Part shown: piece after piece, positions 9,442-19,363 of the stretch
Numbering within the stretch: position 1 is the first letter of the stretch
Layout of the letters: each line of letters begins with the position of its first letter
NCBI GenBank assembly: GCA_019058275.1
Contig: JAHLVW010000062.1
Span: forward strand, 32,001-96,000
From: Candidatus Heimdallarchaeota archaeon
GTDB taxonomy: Archaea; Asgardarchaeota; Heimdallarchaeia; JABLTI01
DNA: 64,000 nucleotides
Reading direction: 5' to 3'
Translations under genes and position numbers: made by a program
The notes under the pieces: generated by a model
What the model was told of the DNA's origin: nothing
The model's input: only the letters and a program-made list of their open reading frames with translations
Database searches by the model: none

Positions 9442-10944
9442 ATGTTAGAACTTTCACCTTATTTGATAGTAGCAGTGTTCAATCAAATAAAAAACAATCG
9501 AGGTGTATCTGAAGAGGAAATTGTGAATAATCTTCTTAAGAAAACAGGATTAGAGAGTGATAGAATAAAAGAATCAATAAAGAAATCAATAGATTTTCTT
9601 CTGGACTCAAAACTAATAGCTGTTTTACCTGGAGAGAAAAAACGATACAAGAAAGTCGACAAAGCAGAACTTTCAATTTCTGAATCAATCTCAAATGGTT
9701 TTACAAGAAAAGCAAAAGAGATCGCCAGAAGAACACTTTCAACTGTACCAGGAAACAAAATAAGAGAAGCATTGTTAGGTAAAAAAGTGTCAGATTGTAT
9801 TCTTGCTGAAAACCCCCTTTCAATAAAGTGTTATTCGCCTGTAGGATATACTGAATATCAATTCGACTTGAAGGATTTAGATTCCGAGAATGAAATTGCT
9901 GAGTTAATAAAACGATTAAATCATTATCCAACTTACCAGATAATATACGATGTACCTATTATTGAAAACTTGGATCTAAAGTTTGAATTTCCATCTGAAA
10001 AACTAATTTCAGCTTCTGATGCAAGTAGATATACAATTCCTGTACAAAGTCCAATTGCAACTAATGATCTTACACGTTCGCGTCAATTACTATTTACAGT
10101 AGCATCAGCATGTAGGTGGGTTGGAAAATTCTCTCCTGAGGGTCCTGTAGGTGAATTTGAGAGTATCCCTGATTTAATTGATATTAATGATAGCTTTGGT
10201 TATGGGGCAATCGAAGAAATAACAACATTACAACAACAAGATTTTGTTGCTGATCAGAATTTTGCTCAATCATATTTCCAAATGGAAAAAATGCATAATG
10301 AAGTCGATTTGATAGGTTTTGACGAAAAACCTACTCATTATCATATTAGAGATGGACCTATAGTACCTCACAGTTATAGGGATCCAAGATTCTATGAAGC
10401 GTTAAGCCAATCAAAACAACTTGTGGATATAGCTTTACACAGAAATATTCTATATTTTGGGTATATCAAATTTTCAGCCGATAAAGCATTGACCTCACTG
10501 ATCAATAGTGTCATTTTTAACAATATTTTGAAAGGTTCTGTACCTGAGAATTTCTGGAGTGATTTTGGACTATTAAGTCAAGTGCTAGAGGATCAGGACG
10601 TAACAGTTCCTATCATTCGTTTAGATAGAGGGTATGATGATCAGAAAAGAAAGTGCTTAATACCATATATGAGCTTCTATATGAAAATCTTCGATTGGGT
10701 ATCAAGAATAGATATACCATGGATGCTTTGCAGAAACGATCCAATAGGTTACCGGAATAAAGTAGCACAATTGGTATATTCCTTATCATCAATTGAATAT
10801 TCAAAACCAGGAACTTCTCAAATTGTTCCTTTTCCAATTGCAATGGTAGATGAAATGGCTAGGATTGTTGCTCGAAACTTCATAGATATATCAATAAAGC
10901 AATTTTATGAAGAACTTGGTCAATTAATTGATAACACAGAATAG
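9442..10944 (+). CDS. nurA: NurA-family nuclease with N-terminal winged-helix extension
   Basis: ASDAS, IRDGPI, GYIKFS, SRIDIP, VPFPIAMVDEMARI match the NurA motif order. Confidence 0.75.
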   Translation: MLELSPYLIVAVFNQIKNNRGVSEEEIVNNLLKKTGLESDRIKESIKKSIDFLLDSKLIAVLPGEKKRYKKVDKAELSISESISNGFTRKAKEIARRTLSTVPGNKIREALLGKKVSDCILAENPLSIKCYSPVGYTEYQFDLKDLDSENEIAELIKRLNHYPTYQIIYDVPIIENLDLKFEFPSEKLISASDASRYTIPVQSPIATNDLTRSRQLLFTVASACRWVGKFSPEGPVGEFESIPDLIDINDSFGYGAIEEITTLQQQDFVADQNFAQSYFQMEKMHNEVDLIGFDEKPTHYHIRDGPIVPHSYRDPRFYEALSQSKQLVDIALHRNILYFGYIKFSADKALTSLINSVIFNNILKGSVPENFWSDFGLLSQVLEDQDVTVPIIRLDRGYDDQKRKCLIPYMSFYMKIFDWVSRIDIPWMLCRNDPIGYRNKVAQLVYSLSSIEYSKPGTSQIVPFPIAMVDEMARIVARNFIDISIKQFYEELGQLIDNTE

Positions 10945-10945
10945 C

Positions 10946-11317
10946 TTAGAATGCTGAGAATATCCAGGCTACACCTAATAATAGGAAAATTATTCCAGGA
11001 ATGATAATAGAAGCTAATAGCATGAAAAATCGTTTATCTTCATTAGTTTTGAATTGTGGATATGTACCAAAATCAAAATAATATAACTTTTTCTTTTCTT
11101 TTACTTTCTTGTCTTCATTTATACAAATGATAATACCATTCTTAATTAGATAATTGATTTTTGACTGATATAGATTCAAATCAAGGTTGAGTTCTTCTAA
11201 AGTACATGGATGTTCTTTATCAACAGCTCCCATTGAATAATAACGATCAACAATATGTATTCTCTTTGGTTTAATCTTAGTATTTTCCTTTTCAGAATCT
11301 TCATTTGATTTAGGCAT
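10946..11317 (-). CDS. Small winged-helix-like protein with C-terminal TM anchor
   Basis: TLEELNL...KINYLIKNGII...LYY, then one TM helix at the C-terminus. Confidence 0.6.
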   Translation of the reverse strand: MPKSNEDSEKENTKIKPKRIHIVDRYYSMGAVDKEHPCTLEELNLDLNLYQSKINYLIKNGIIICINEDKKVKEKKKLYYFDFGTYPQFKTNEDKRFFMLLASIIIPGIIFLLLGVAWIFSAF

Positions 11318-11403
11318 TTACCTTCTTCCCAACCTTACATCTGATTTAACAACTTGTTTACTAAATAAGCTATATATGCAGAAGCAATTTATACTTTTAC
11401 ATT

Positions 11404-12042
11404 TCATTTTGAAAAGCACTCTTTAAAATCATCATGAATTTTAGGATGTTCATGGATAAATGAAAGCCAGCACAAAGTATCAATGATATATTTTGTTGCT
11501 CGTATATCAATAGAAGTTAATAAATCAAGGATTTCTGGATTATCGATTTTATTAATCTTCTCTACATCTATTCTTTTCTTTTGGGTAAATACCTCAAATA
11601 CCTTTTTGAAACATTTCTCATCAAAACTGGAATAATTCTGCATTTGGCATAAAATCTTGCCAATAATAAGATAATATTCCTCTTCTTCATCCTTCTTTTT
11701 GGTATCAATATCTAGTGCAATGTAGAAAACCTTAGCAGTTCGGGAATATAAGGACAAAGTTTTGATATGGCTTTCTGAATAAGTAATAATTCTTTTACCT
11801 GCTTCCATAACAAGATTAGCTTTCTTTAATTTGTTAAGATATCCATAAATTGTTTTATCAGATTTCTCTGCATTAACCTCTCTAAATGCGTTCTTAATAT
11901 CCTCAAAAGTTAATGGTCCCGCTAAAAGGAAATTTAAAAGAAGTTCACAATTCTTATCATCTTGTAGGCATTTTGTACTTTTAACGTCATAAATAGTCTT
12001 TACTAACTTCTCTTTGTTCATTATAACATCTTGAGTTTTCAT
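11404..12042 (-). CDS. Winged-helix (ArsR-like) transcriptional regulator, paralog 2
   Basis: GPLTFEDI...KSDKTIYGYLNKLKKANLV..AGKR...LYSRTAK; likely start ATG 12042. Confidence 0.85.
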   Translation of the reverse strand: MKTQDVIMNKEKLVKTIYDVKSTKCLQDDKNCELLLNFLLAGPLTFEDIKNAFREVNAEKSDKTIYGYLNKLKKANLVMEAGKRIITYSESHIKTLSLYSRTAKVFYIALDIDTKKKDEEEEYYLIIGKILCQMQNYSSFDEKCFKKVFEVFTQKKRIDVEKINKIDNPEILDLLTSIDIRATKYIIDTLCWLSFIHEHPKIHDDFKECFSK

Positions 12043-12128
12043 TTTGAACCAACTTAATATGTAGCACAACCTATTTTTATGTTTTTCACATAAAACTGGA
12101 AAAAATCAAGAATACAATGTAAAAAATG

Positions 12129-12145
12129 ATAGAATTTATTCTCAT
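12129..12145. promoter_or_regulatory. Putative operator ATAGAATTTATTCTCAT upstream of regulator 2
   Basis: 16/17 identical to 12926-12942; palindromic core AGAATnnATTCT. Confidence 0.5.
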
Positions 12146-12178
12146 ACAAAAATTATTTGCTGGAAAAAAAGAATTGTT

Positions 12179-12829
12179 TTACCTAAAGCATTTGACAAAC
12201 TCTTTTAGAACTTCTGGGTGTTCCTCAAATAGTAATACCCATCCTGCAAAGTCAAGTATGGGGTATAGTTCATGTATATCTAATTCTTGAATTAAGCTTA
12301 ACAGTTTTTCGTTATTATTACCTTCAAAGAATTGCGCAATAGTATTATTTTTTTGTGTATAAACTCCTTCAATTTTCTCTTTCAAACATGCTTTATCAGC
12401 AGAATTCTTGAAATTCATACGCTCTTGGAATATTAAATTAACAATTTCCAATGATTTTGATCGTAGCTCTTCTTCAGGACCAAAAACACCTAATGGGGCA
12501 AAAATTATCTTTGACACTCTAGAGAATAATGTCTGAGTTTTGATTTGGTTTTCAGTATCTGAAAGAAACCTTTTTCCAGCCTCAATAACTAAACCAGTTT
12601 TTTTCAATTTACTAAGATATCGATAGATGCTTTTATCAGATTTATCATTACCTGATTTCTTAAAAGCAACTTCCAATTCCTCTACAGTTAAAGGACCTTT
12701 AAATAAGAAATGTAACACTTGTCTATGGTTTTCATCTGCCAATGTATCTTTAATATCATCACTCGAGAAGAATTGAACAATTTTTTGTTGATTAGTAATA
12801 ATATCTCTTTGACTCATATATTCCGCCAT
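12179..12829 (-). CDS. Winged-helix (ArsR-like) transcriptional regulator, paralog 1
   Basis: GPLTVEEL...KSDKSIYRYLSKLKKTGLVIEAGKR; tandem paralog of 11404-12042. Confidence 0.85.
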   Translation of the reverse strand: MAEYMSQRDIITNQQKIVQFFSSDDIKDTLADENHRQVLHFLFKGPLTVEELEVAFKKSGNDKSDKSIYRYLSKLKKTGLVIEAGKRFLSDTENQIKTQTLFSRVSKIIFAPLGVFGPEEELRSKSLEIVNLIFQERMNFKNSADKACLKEKIEGVYTQKNNTIAQFFEGNNNEKLLSLIQELDIHELYPILDFAGWVLLFEEHPEVLKEFVKCFR

Positions 12830-12925
12830 TTTAATATTAATTTTTTATATTTAATATCTTCTGTTGAATAATGTCGTTAATAGTTATTAAATCTATTATT
12901 TATAAGAATATTTATAACTATAATC

Positions 12926-12955
12926 ATAGAATATATTCTCATGTTATTGAGAATA
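12926..12955. promoter_or_regulatory. Putative operator upstream of regulator 1
   Basis: ATAGAATATATTCTCAT plus an overlapping inverted repeat TATTCTCA-N6-TGAGAATA. Confidence 0.5.
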
Positions 12956-13002
12956 GAAATGTCTATTTTCAAGACAAATTACCCTTTCCTCAAAGGTTCA
13001 TT

Positions 13003-13106
13003 AAATAGGTATGAATCACAAGAGAACTATATCCCGAATAATCTTATGCTTAATCATCAAAAATTCGGATCCTTCTGAATCTTGGTTCTCTCGTGATTCT
13101 CTATTT
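13003..13106 (-). other. Long intergenic stem-loop
   Basis: GAATCACAAGAGAAC / GTTCTCTCGTGATTC 15-bp stem with one G-U pair on the minus strand; inner CCGAAT/ATTCGG stem. Confidence 0.45.
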
Positions 13107-13149
13107 TTTATTTTTCAATAAGAAGTTATTTTGTAATTGACATCAACAC

Positions 13150-14577
13150 TCAATCATATGTTTCTACTTCTAAAGGACTATCACTTTTCATTGTAATATC
13201 TTCGAGTTTTGGTGTAATGACATCTTCTGTAATTTTATTCTCTTCATCCAATTGTTCAATATTTGATTCCTTATCCATTGCTTCTCGTTCTTTACCAACT
13301 AAGGGCATTAATATGATAGTTGGAACTAGACCTAAAATGTAAACAAAAGTTGTTATGATAAAACAAAGAAAGAAATTGTTGTTATCTCCTACTAGAAATC
13401 CTCCAATAAAAGCTGAAACATTCCAGAACAAACCCCATGCAATAGCTTCTATAGAATTCCATTTACCTCTTTGCTTTTTAGGTATAATGTCCATTAAAAT
13501 TGATCTGCTAAGAGGTTGAGCTGCATTCATGAATGCTCCTCTAGCGATGAAAATAGGAATTAAAACTCCTAAAGGTGGATAAATTACTATTACTAACAAG
13601 CATGCTGTAGCAATGAATTGTACTGTAAATATGGTTTGTACTCTTCCAAGTTTAAGAGATAATTTTTGGGAAACAACTGCTAAAATTCCAGTCGCTAATG
13701 CAGTAGCACCCATGATTGCTTGTATAATAATTGGAGACATTGTATAATAATCTCTGAAGAATACTGGAAAATATTTGATAGTCATACCTGCACCAATCCC
13801 AATAATGACATTTCCTCCAACAAGCAAATATGGGATTAATTTCGCAGCTTTATTGCTGTCCATATTAGCTAGTCGACTTATTCCATTTACTTGGGCAACT
13901 TCTTCTGCTATAGCTTCACTTTCTTCACCTAAAGAACGCTTATCTTTAAACAGAAATAAAATAACTATAGCGATTAGACTGATAGCAAAACCAACAGACA
14001 TTACATTTCTCATAGAAACAAGATCATGAACATTTCCAAAGATAGCAAATAAACCAATGTTAATGAAAGGACCTGCAGCCATAGCAACTTGTCTAACCAA
14101 ATGATTCCAAGAATAAATCCTTGAACGATATCCTGATTCAACTGAATCCGCAAATATGGATTCTGATGTAGGTCTAATAAAAGCATTAAACAATCCCCAA
14201 AGTAACATTGAAACGAGAATAAAGATGATTGATTGACCAAAAATTAGGAAACCAATACCAGCTAATCCTATAGGAGTAGCTAATTTCATTATTATGTCTC
14301 TACGGAATTTATCAGCAAGAAATCCTGCAGGAAAAACAAAGAGTGTCATTGTTATACCAGATGCTGCAGCTGTTAGACCAAGAATTTCATTGGAACTTAA
14401 ACCCAGAAAGTCACTGCCTTCAGCAAAGAGACTAATGTATAAACTCAAAACACTACCCATCCAAATCCCTCTACCCAAAGAGCTAGAAATATTGAAAGCA
14501 AATATTAGTTTAACATTGTAATTCATCGAACGAATTACTTCTCTTGTTGAAACTTTTGAATTAATATCATTAGCCAT
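13150..14577 (-). CDS. MFS transporter
   Basis: ~12 TM helices; GFLADKFRR and KLSLKLGRV motif A. Confidence 0.92.
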   Translation of the reverse strand: MANDINSKVSTREVIRSMNYNVKLIFAFNISSSLGRGIWMGSVLSLYISLFAEGSDFLGLSSNEILGLTAAASGITMTLFVFPAGFLADKFRRDIIMKLATPIGLAGIGFLIFGQSIIFILVSMLLWGLFNAFIRPTSESIFADSVESGYRSRIYSWNHLVRQVAMAAGPFINIGLFAIFGNVHDLVSMRNVMSVGFAISLIAIVILFLFKDKRSLGEESEAIAEEVAQVNGISRLANMDSNKAAKLIPYLLVGGNVIIGIGAGMTIKYFPVFFRDYYTMSPIIIQAIMGATALATGILAVVSQKLSLKLGRVQTIFTVQFIATACLLVIVIYPPLGVLIPIFIARGAFMNAAQPLSRSILMDIIPKKQRGKWNSIEAIAWGLFWNVSAFIGGFLVGDNNNFFLCFIITTFVYILGLVPTIILMPLVGKEREAMDKESNIEQLDEENKITEDVITPKLEDITMKSDSPLEVETYD

Positions 14578-14811
14578 TTTGTGTATTTCCGTGGAAATTC
14601 ATTCAAATTTGGTTGAATAGTCAACAAAGCCTTTCCTTTAAAAAAAATTCTAACACTTTTAATTTTTTGCTTTAGGAAATTAAAAATTTAACTTGAATAA
14701 AAAAGTCATTATTAATTAGTAATTCCTAATGAATATTAGAATTCAAAAAAGATGTTTGGGAATAATTTTTATTCTTTTAAATCCCTAATTATCCACTAAT
14801 GGGTGTAAAAA

Positions 14812-15318
14812 ATGGATGCACTTGAATTAATAAAAGGTAGAAGAAGTATCAGAAAATATAAATCAAAACCAATTGAAGAAGAAAAGATTTTGAAATGTCT
14901 CGAGGCAGCAAGGTGGGCACCATCTGCTTCAAACAAACAACCATGGGAATTCATTATAGTAAAGGATGAAAAAACTCGTCATAAACTTGCTGAAATTCAT
15001 CCATATGCAAAATTTGTTGCTGAAAGTCCAGTGGTATTTGTTCCATTAACAAATCCAAATATTCATCCAAAATATCATATGTCTGATACTGGCTTAACTA
15101 TTCAGAATTTTATGTTACAAGCTCATGCACTGGGTCTTGGTACTTGTTGGGCAGGAGTCATTGCTTCATCTATTGAACCACCAATCAAAGAATTGCTTAA
15201 TGTTCCAGATCATCTAAATATTATGGCATTGGTTGCTCTTGGCTATCCGGATCAAGAACGAGAATCTTCAAGAAAGTCACTTGAGGAAATAATTCATTGG
15301 GAAAAGTACTCCGAATAA
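14812..15318 (+). CDS. Nitroreductase family protein
   Basis: RRSIRKY, APSASNKQPW, LGLGTCW. Confidence 0.95.
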   Translation: MDALELIKGRRSIRKYKSKPIEEEKILKCLEAARWAPSASNKQPWEFIIVKDEKTRHKLAEIHPYAKFVAESPVVFVPLTNPNIHPKYHMSDTGLTIQNFMLQAHALGLGTCWAGVIASSIEPPIKELLNVPDHLNIMALVALGYPDQERESSRKSLEEIIHWEKYSE

Positions 15319-15324
15319 AACCTA

Positions 15325-15938
15325 TTGGTGAAATTTATGAGTATATTTCATGTATTGGCTATTTGCGGAATGCTAAGTCCAATTATTTATACTTTGATGT
15401 GGATTATTGGTGATGTATTGGTACCTGATTATAATCATATACGAGATGATGTAAGCTCACTTTTTGCTGTTGATGCTTATAGAAGATGGTTTTTCCAATC
15501 TTTCATGATTCTTTCTAGTGCATTGTTACTAGCATTTTTCATAGGATTATATTGGGGAGTAAATAACGGAGAAGGATTAATTGTAGGACCTATTCTATTC
15601 ATCATAAGCTTAGTAATTGGTTTGCTTGTTTCTTCCCGTTAGATACTGGAGGTGAAATGACAACTTGGAGAGGGAAAATGCATTTAATTCTTATAATCAT
15701 ATCGGGAATATTAACAATTACAGCAATGGTGTTTATGTTCTTTAGATTAAGATCGGTAGAAGGATGGAGTGGTTTTGCAATATATTCATTAATAGCAGCT
15801 ATTGTGTCATTGATTCTAGTATTGGTATCTGGTATCTTTATAACTAGCAATTATATGGGTCTAATTGAAAGATTCATGGTTAGCTCATATCAAATATTCT
15901 ACTTTGTTTTTGGTCTGATGGTGTATCTTAGGAATTAA
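15325..15938 (+). pseudogene. DUF998-family membrane protein, frameshifted
   Basis: Two ORFs (15325-15642 and 15657-15938) join as ...LLVS-FPLDTGGEMTTWRGKMH... with one base added near 15630; PDYNHIRDDVSSL and GLIER motifs. Confidence 0.75.
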
Positions 15939-16019
15939 TTAAATAAATTGGTGTTGAGAAGAATAAAAGAAAAATTGTTTAACCATTTATTCAAACACAT
16001 ATATTTGAAAGTGGGGAAA

Positions 16020-17177
16020 ATGGACTTCAAAAAACTTCGAATGTATCTATTACAAAAGCAATCATTAATTGAGAAAACTGTAAAGGAAGAATTTATGTCT
16101 GTTATGAAAAATCAACTGGCATTACATTCAACTGACTACCTCACTCCTTATCTGTCACTTTGGGCTAGGGTAGACGATTTTGATCCAAAACAATTATTTC
16201 ACAATATTTCTAATGAAAAGTCAGCAATAAGAATGAGAGTTTTCAGAAGAACTGTTTTTGTAGTCCATAGAGATAATCTGGAAATTCTAATAGGTTCAAT
16301 TGTGCAATTCCTTGAACCATTCAAAATAGGTAATATCAAATATTTAATCAAAAATATGGGAATGGAAGAAGGAACAACTGAAAAAATTGGTTTAGATATA
16401 ATTGAAATTCTAAAGAAGAAATCACCCCTCTCTACAAGACAAATTAAGAAAGAGTTGTCAGAAAAATGGGAAGGTGATTGGATAAGGTCTGCAATAACTC
16501 TTCTTGAGTTTGATGCTTTAATAGCTAGAATAGGTCAAAGATACATTATAGATAAAACCATAAATTGGGGTTTATTTGAGGAATATTATCCTGAAGTAAA
16601 AAGAAAGGAAATTAACCCAGAAAATTCACTAGTAGCAATTTTAAGTAAATATATACAGCAATTTGGTCCTGTTTGCATAGATGATTTTTGCTGGTGGTTA
16701 CCAACCAAAAAAACTATGACCAAGAAATTACTCGAGAAACTAGCAGATGAAATTACTGAAATTGATTTTAACTCAAAGAAATATTATATGATTAATGAAG
16801 ACTTTAAGGCTTTTACAGATTTCAATCTAGAGGCATATGAATTACCGATTGTAAATTTCCTACCTTATGAGGATCATTATCCTAAAGCCTACAAACACAA
16901 AGAATGGTACATCTCTGAAGAAACAGTAACCAAACTATTCAAAGTAGGTAAAATGGATTGGGGACAAATACGACCATCAATCTGGATTAATGGTGAAATT
17001 AAAGGTCGATGGGAATTAGATTGGGTAGACAAAAAGAAATCCGAAATGAAAGCTGATATTGTTTATCTTGATAAAAAAATAAGTCAATCAACAGATATTA
17101 TGATTAAAATAAATCAGTTGAAGACAGAAGTAGAGATATTCGCTAATGAGAAATTAATACCTTTAATGAAAAAATAG
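16020..17177 (+). CDS. AlkZ/YcaQ-family (HTH_42) winged-helix DNA glycosylase
   Basis: LHSTDYLTPYLSLWARV, RRTVFVV, FGPVCIDDFCWW, FLPYED, INGEIKGRW; start at ATG 16020. Confidence 0.85.
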   Translation: MDFKKLRMYLLQKQSLIEKTVKEEFMSVMKNQLALHSTDYLTPYLSLWARVDDFDPKQLFHNISNEKSAIRMRVFRRTVFVVHRDNLEILIGSIVQFLEPFKIGNIKYLIKNMGMEEGTTEKIGLDIIEILKKKSPLSTRQIKKELSEKWEGDWIRSAITLLEFDALIARIGQRYIIDKTINWGLFEEYYPEVKRKEINPENSLVAILSKYIQQFGPVCIDDFCWWLPTKKTMTKKLLEKLADEITEIDFNSKKYYMINEDFKAFTDFNLEAYELPIVNFLPYEDHYPKAYKHKEWYISEETVTKLFKVGKMDWGQIRPSIWINGEIKGRWELDWVDKKKSEMKADIVYLDKKISQSTDIMIKINQLKTEVEIFANEKLIPLMKK

Positions 17178-17181
17178 AAAC

Positions 17182-17931
17182 TCAAGCTTCTAATACTGAT
17201 ATCTCTTCAGTAAACTCTAATTTCTTTTCTTTGATTCTTTGTATGACAGCTAATCCCATACCTCCTAACCAGAAGAAGAAGAGAATTGATGCTATAGAAG
17301 CCAAAAATGTGAAAACCGAACCTGCTGTTCCAAGGATGAATACACCAACTTCACATAAACCTAGTATTCCACAAAGAAGTGCTAACCAAGTTTGTGTTTC
17401 TTTTGTTACTTGATATTTAAAACTAGCAATCCCAAAAATACCCGCACCAAGTGAAAAGATTAACACGTAAGCTACAACTTGCAAAATGAAAATTACTTTT
17501 ACCCAATTTTCAAAAATAGCAAATATTTCATCTTTTGCTTCACCAGCAGCTATATTATATTCTGGAGCTAATTGAAAAATAATCTTGAATTTCAAAAAGA
17601 CCAAGCTAATAAGTAGTAGAGATCCTAATATGGTTGTGATTGTTGGTACTACTAACCAATTCTTGATTTTTTCATCTACTTTTGATCTAAAAAGTAGTAG
17701 AACTCCAATAATTGAAGGTATGATGAAAATTCCTTGAATTATATTTAGAATGGTATCAAAAGTGTGAATGTGATTAAATACAAAATAATTTTGCAACAAT
17801 TCCACATAATTAGCTGAAGGATATTTGTAGGTAATTACAAAACTCAAGATGATTGTAGCAATCATACTCGAGACTACAATGATAATTGAAATTAATGTTA
17901 TAAACCCCATAATATTCTTCTTTGTTTTCAA
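17182..17931 (-). CDS. Six-TM membrane protein (DUF4386-like)
   Basis: Six hydrophobic helices; WLALLCGILG and FFFWLGGMG near the C-terminus. Confidence 0.6.
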   Translation of the reverse strand: MKTKKNIMGFITLISIIIVVSSMIATIILSFVITYKYPSANYVELLQNYFVFNHIHTFDTILNIIQGIFIIPSIIGVLLLFRSKVDEKIKNWLVVPTITTILGSLLLISLVFLKFKIIFQLAPEYNIAAGEAKDEIFAIFENWVKVIFILQVVAYVLIFSLGAGIFGIASFKYQVTKETQTWLALLCGILGLCEVGVFILGTAGSVFTFLASIASILFFFWLGGMGLAVIQRIKEKKLEFTEEISVLEA

Positions 17932-18001
17932 TTGTAATCACCTAAATATCCAGATTTTACAAATTTTATATAGCTTTCCAATTTGTTTGAATTAGTAATT
18001 A

Positions 18002-18229
18002 TCATGTTCCTTGTACTTGTGTTGCTTTTCTATCGAGTAAGACCATAAGTATTCCTATAGCAATCATCCAGATTAGCATTAGACCAATTAAGTAAATACT
18101 GACCAACATCAGTTAACTCTTCTGGTTTTGTTAAATCTGCTATAAACGTAAAGATAACGTTCCAATATAGCTTACAGCAGCAATGATCGAGCTTATACAA
18201 CATATTCTAATGAACTTCTTGTCAGTCAT
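18002..18229 (-). pseudogene. Internally deleted remnant of a DUF4386-like membrane protein gene
   Basis: ATG 18229 MTDKKFIRICCISSIIAAVSYIG / VIFTFIADLTKPEELTDVGQYLL / IGLMLIWMIAIGILMVLLDRKATQVQGT* across shifting frames. Confidence 0.5.
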
Positions 18230-18368
18230 ATCAGATACATGATTTTATAGATTCTATTTAGGTTGTGTTGTTTTAGACTCATCTTGACAGCTCTAGGAAT
18301 ACATTTAATTTTGTGTAGAATTAAAGTGCTTTAGATGTAAAACAAACTCTATTCATCAACAAAGGAAT

Positions 18369-19361
18369 GTGATTATTACGAAAGCAACAGCAATTGCCAA
18401 CTCAAACACTGCTTTAGTAAAATATTGGGGAAAACAAGATGAACAGCTGATTATTCCTATGAATAATAGCATATCACTAACTGTTGACTCATTGTCTACT
18501 ATAACAACAGTGGATTTTTCTGAAAGTTATGATGAGGATTTGTTTATATTAAATAAAAAAATACAGAGTGATACGCCAAAAAAGCGAGTTCAGAAACACT
18601 TAGACATAATTCGAAATATAGCTAATGTTGAATTAAATGCAAATGTTGTTTCTGAAAACAATTTTCCTACAGCTGCTGGATTAGCTTCGTCTGCTTCTGG
18701 TTTTGCAGCTCTAACTGCAGCAGCAAGTAGTGCATTGGGATTAAACATGAATCCTAAAGAATTATCCATGTTGTCAAGACGAGGATCAGGTTCTTCTTGC
18801 AGATCATTCTACAGTGGTTTTGTAGAATGGATAAAGAGTGACGATAATAATGAGTCCTATGCTATTCAGCTTGCTGATGAAAATTGGTTTGATATACGTG
18901 ATCTTGTTATAGTTTTTAAGAAGCATAACAGAAAATATACTACTCGAGAAGCTATGAAAATATCCAAGAAAACGAGTCCACTTTATGATGCACGTTTGGA
19001 AATAGTTGAAGATAATTTGGTTAAAGTTAGGAAAGCAATAAAGGAACGTGATTTTAGTTTATTAGGACAAACTGCAGAAGCTGATTGTTTGTTAATGCAT
19101 TCTATTGCTTTAACATCCAATCCGTCCCAGCTGTTTTGGACTGCTGAGACTTTAGGGATGATAAAATTCGTTCAAGAATTAAGAGAGGGAGGGTTAGAAT
19201 CTTATTATACTATAGATACTGGAACGAATATGCATATCTTAACAAAACCAGAATTTTCTGATGAAATTTGTGCTATTCTAAGAAAAATACCCTACATTAC
19301 AAATATCATAGAATGCAAACCTGGACCTGGGGTTCAAATTATAAAAGATGATTTATTTTAG
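18369..19361 (+). CDS. mvaD: Diphosphomevalonate (or phosphomevalonate) decarboxylase
   Basis: NTALVKYWGK, PMNNSIS, NNFPTAAGLASSASG, RRGSGSSCRS, TIDTGTN. Confidence 0.93.
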   Translation: MIITKATAIANSNTALVKYWGKQDEQLIIPMNNSISLTVDSLSTITTVDFSESYDEDLFILNKKIQSDTPKKRVQKHLDIIRNIANVELNANVVSENNFPTAAGLASSASGFAALTAAASSALGLNMNPKELSMLSRRGSGSSCRSFYSGFVEWIKSDDNNESYAIQLADENWFDIRDLVIVFKKHNRKYTTREAMKISKKTSPLYDARLEIVEDNLVKVRKAIKERDFSLLGQTAEADCLLMHSIALTSNPSQLFWTAETLGMIKFVQELREGGLESYYTIDTGTNMHILTKPEFSDEICAILRKIPYITNIIECKPGPGVQIIKDDLF

Positions 19362-19363
19362 TA

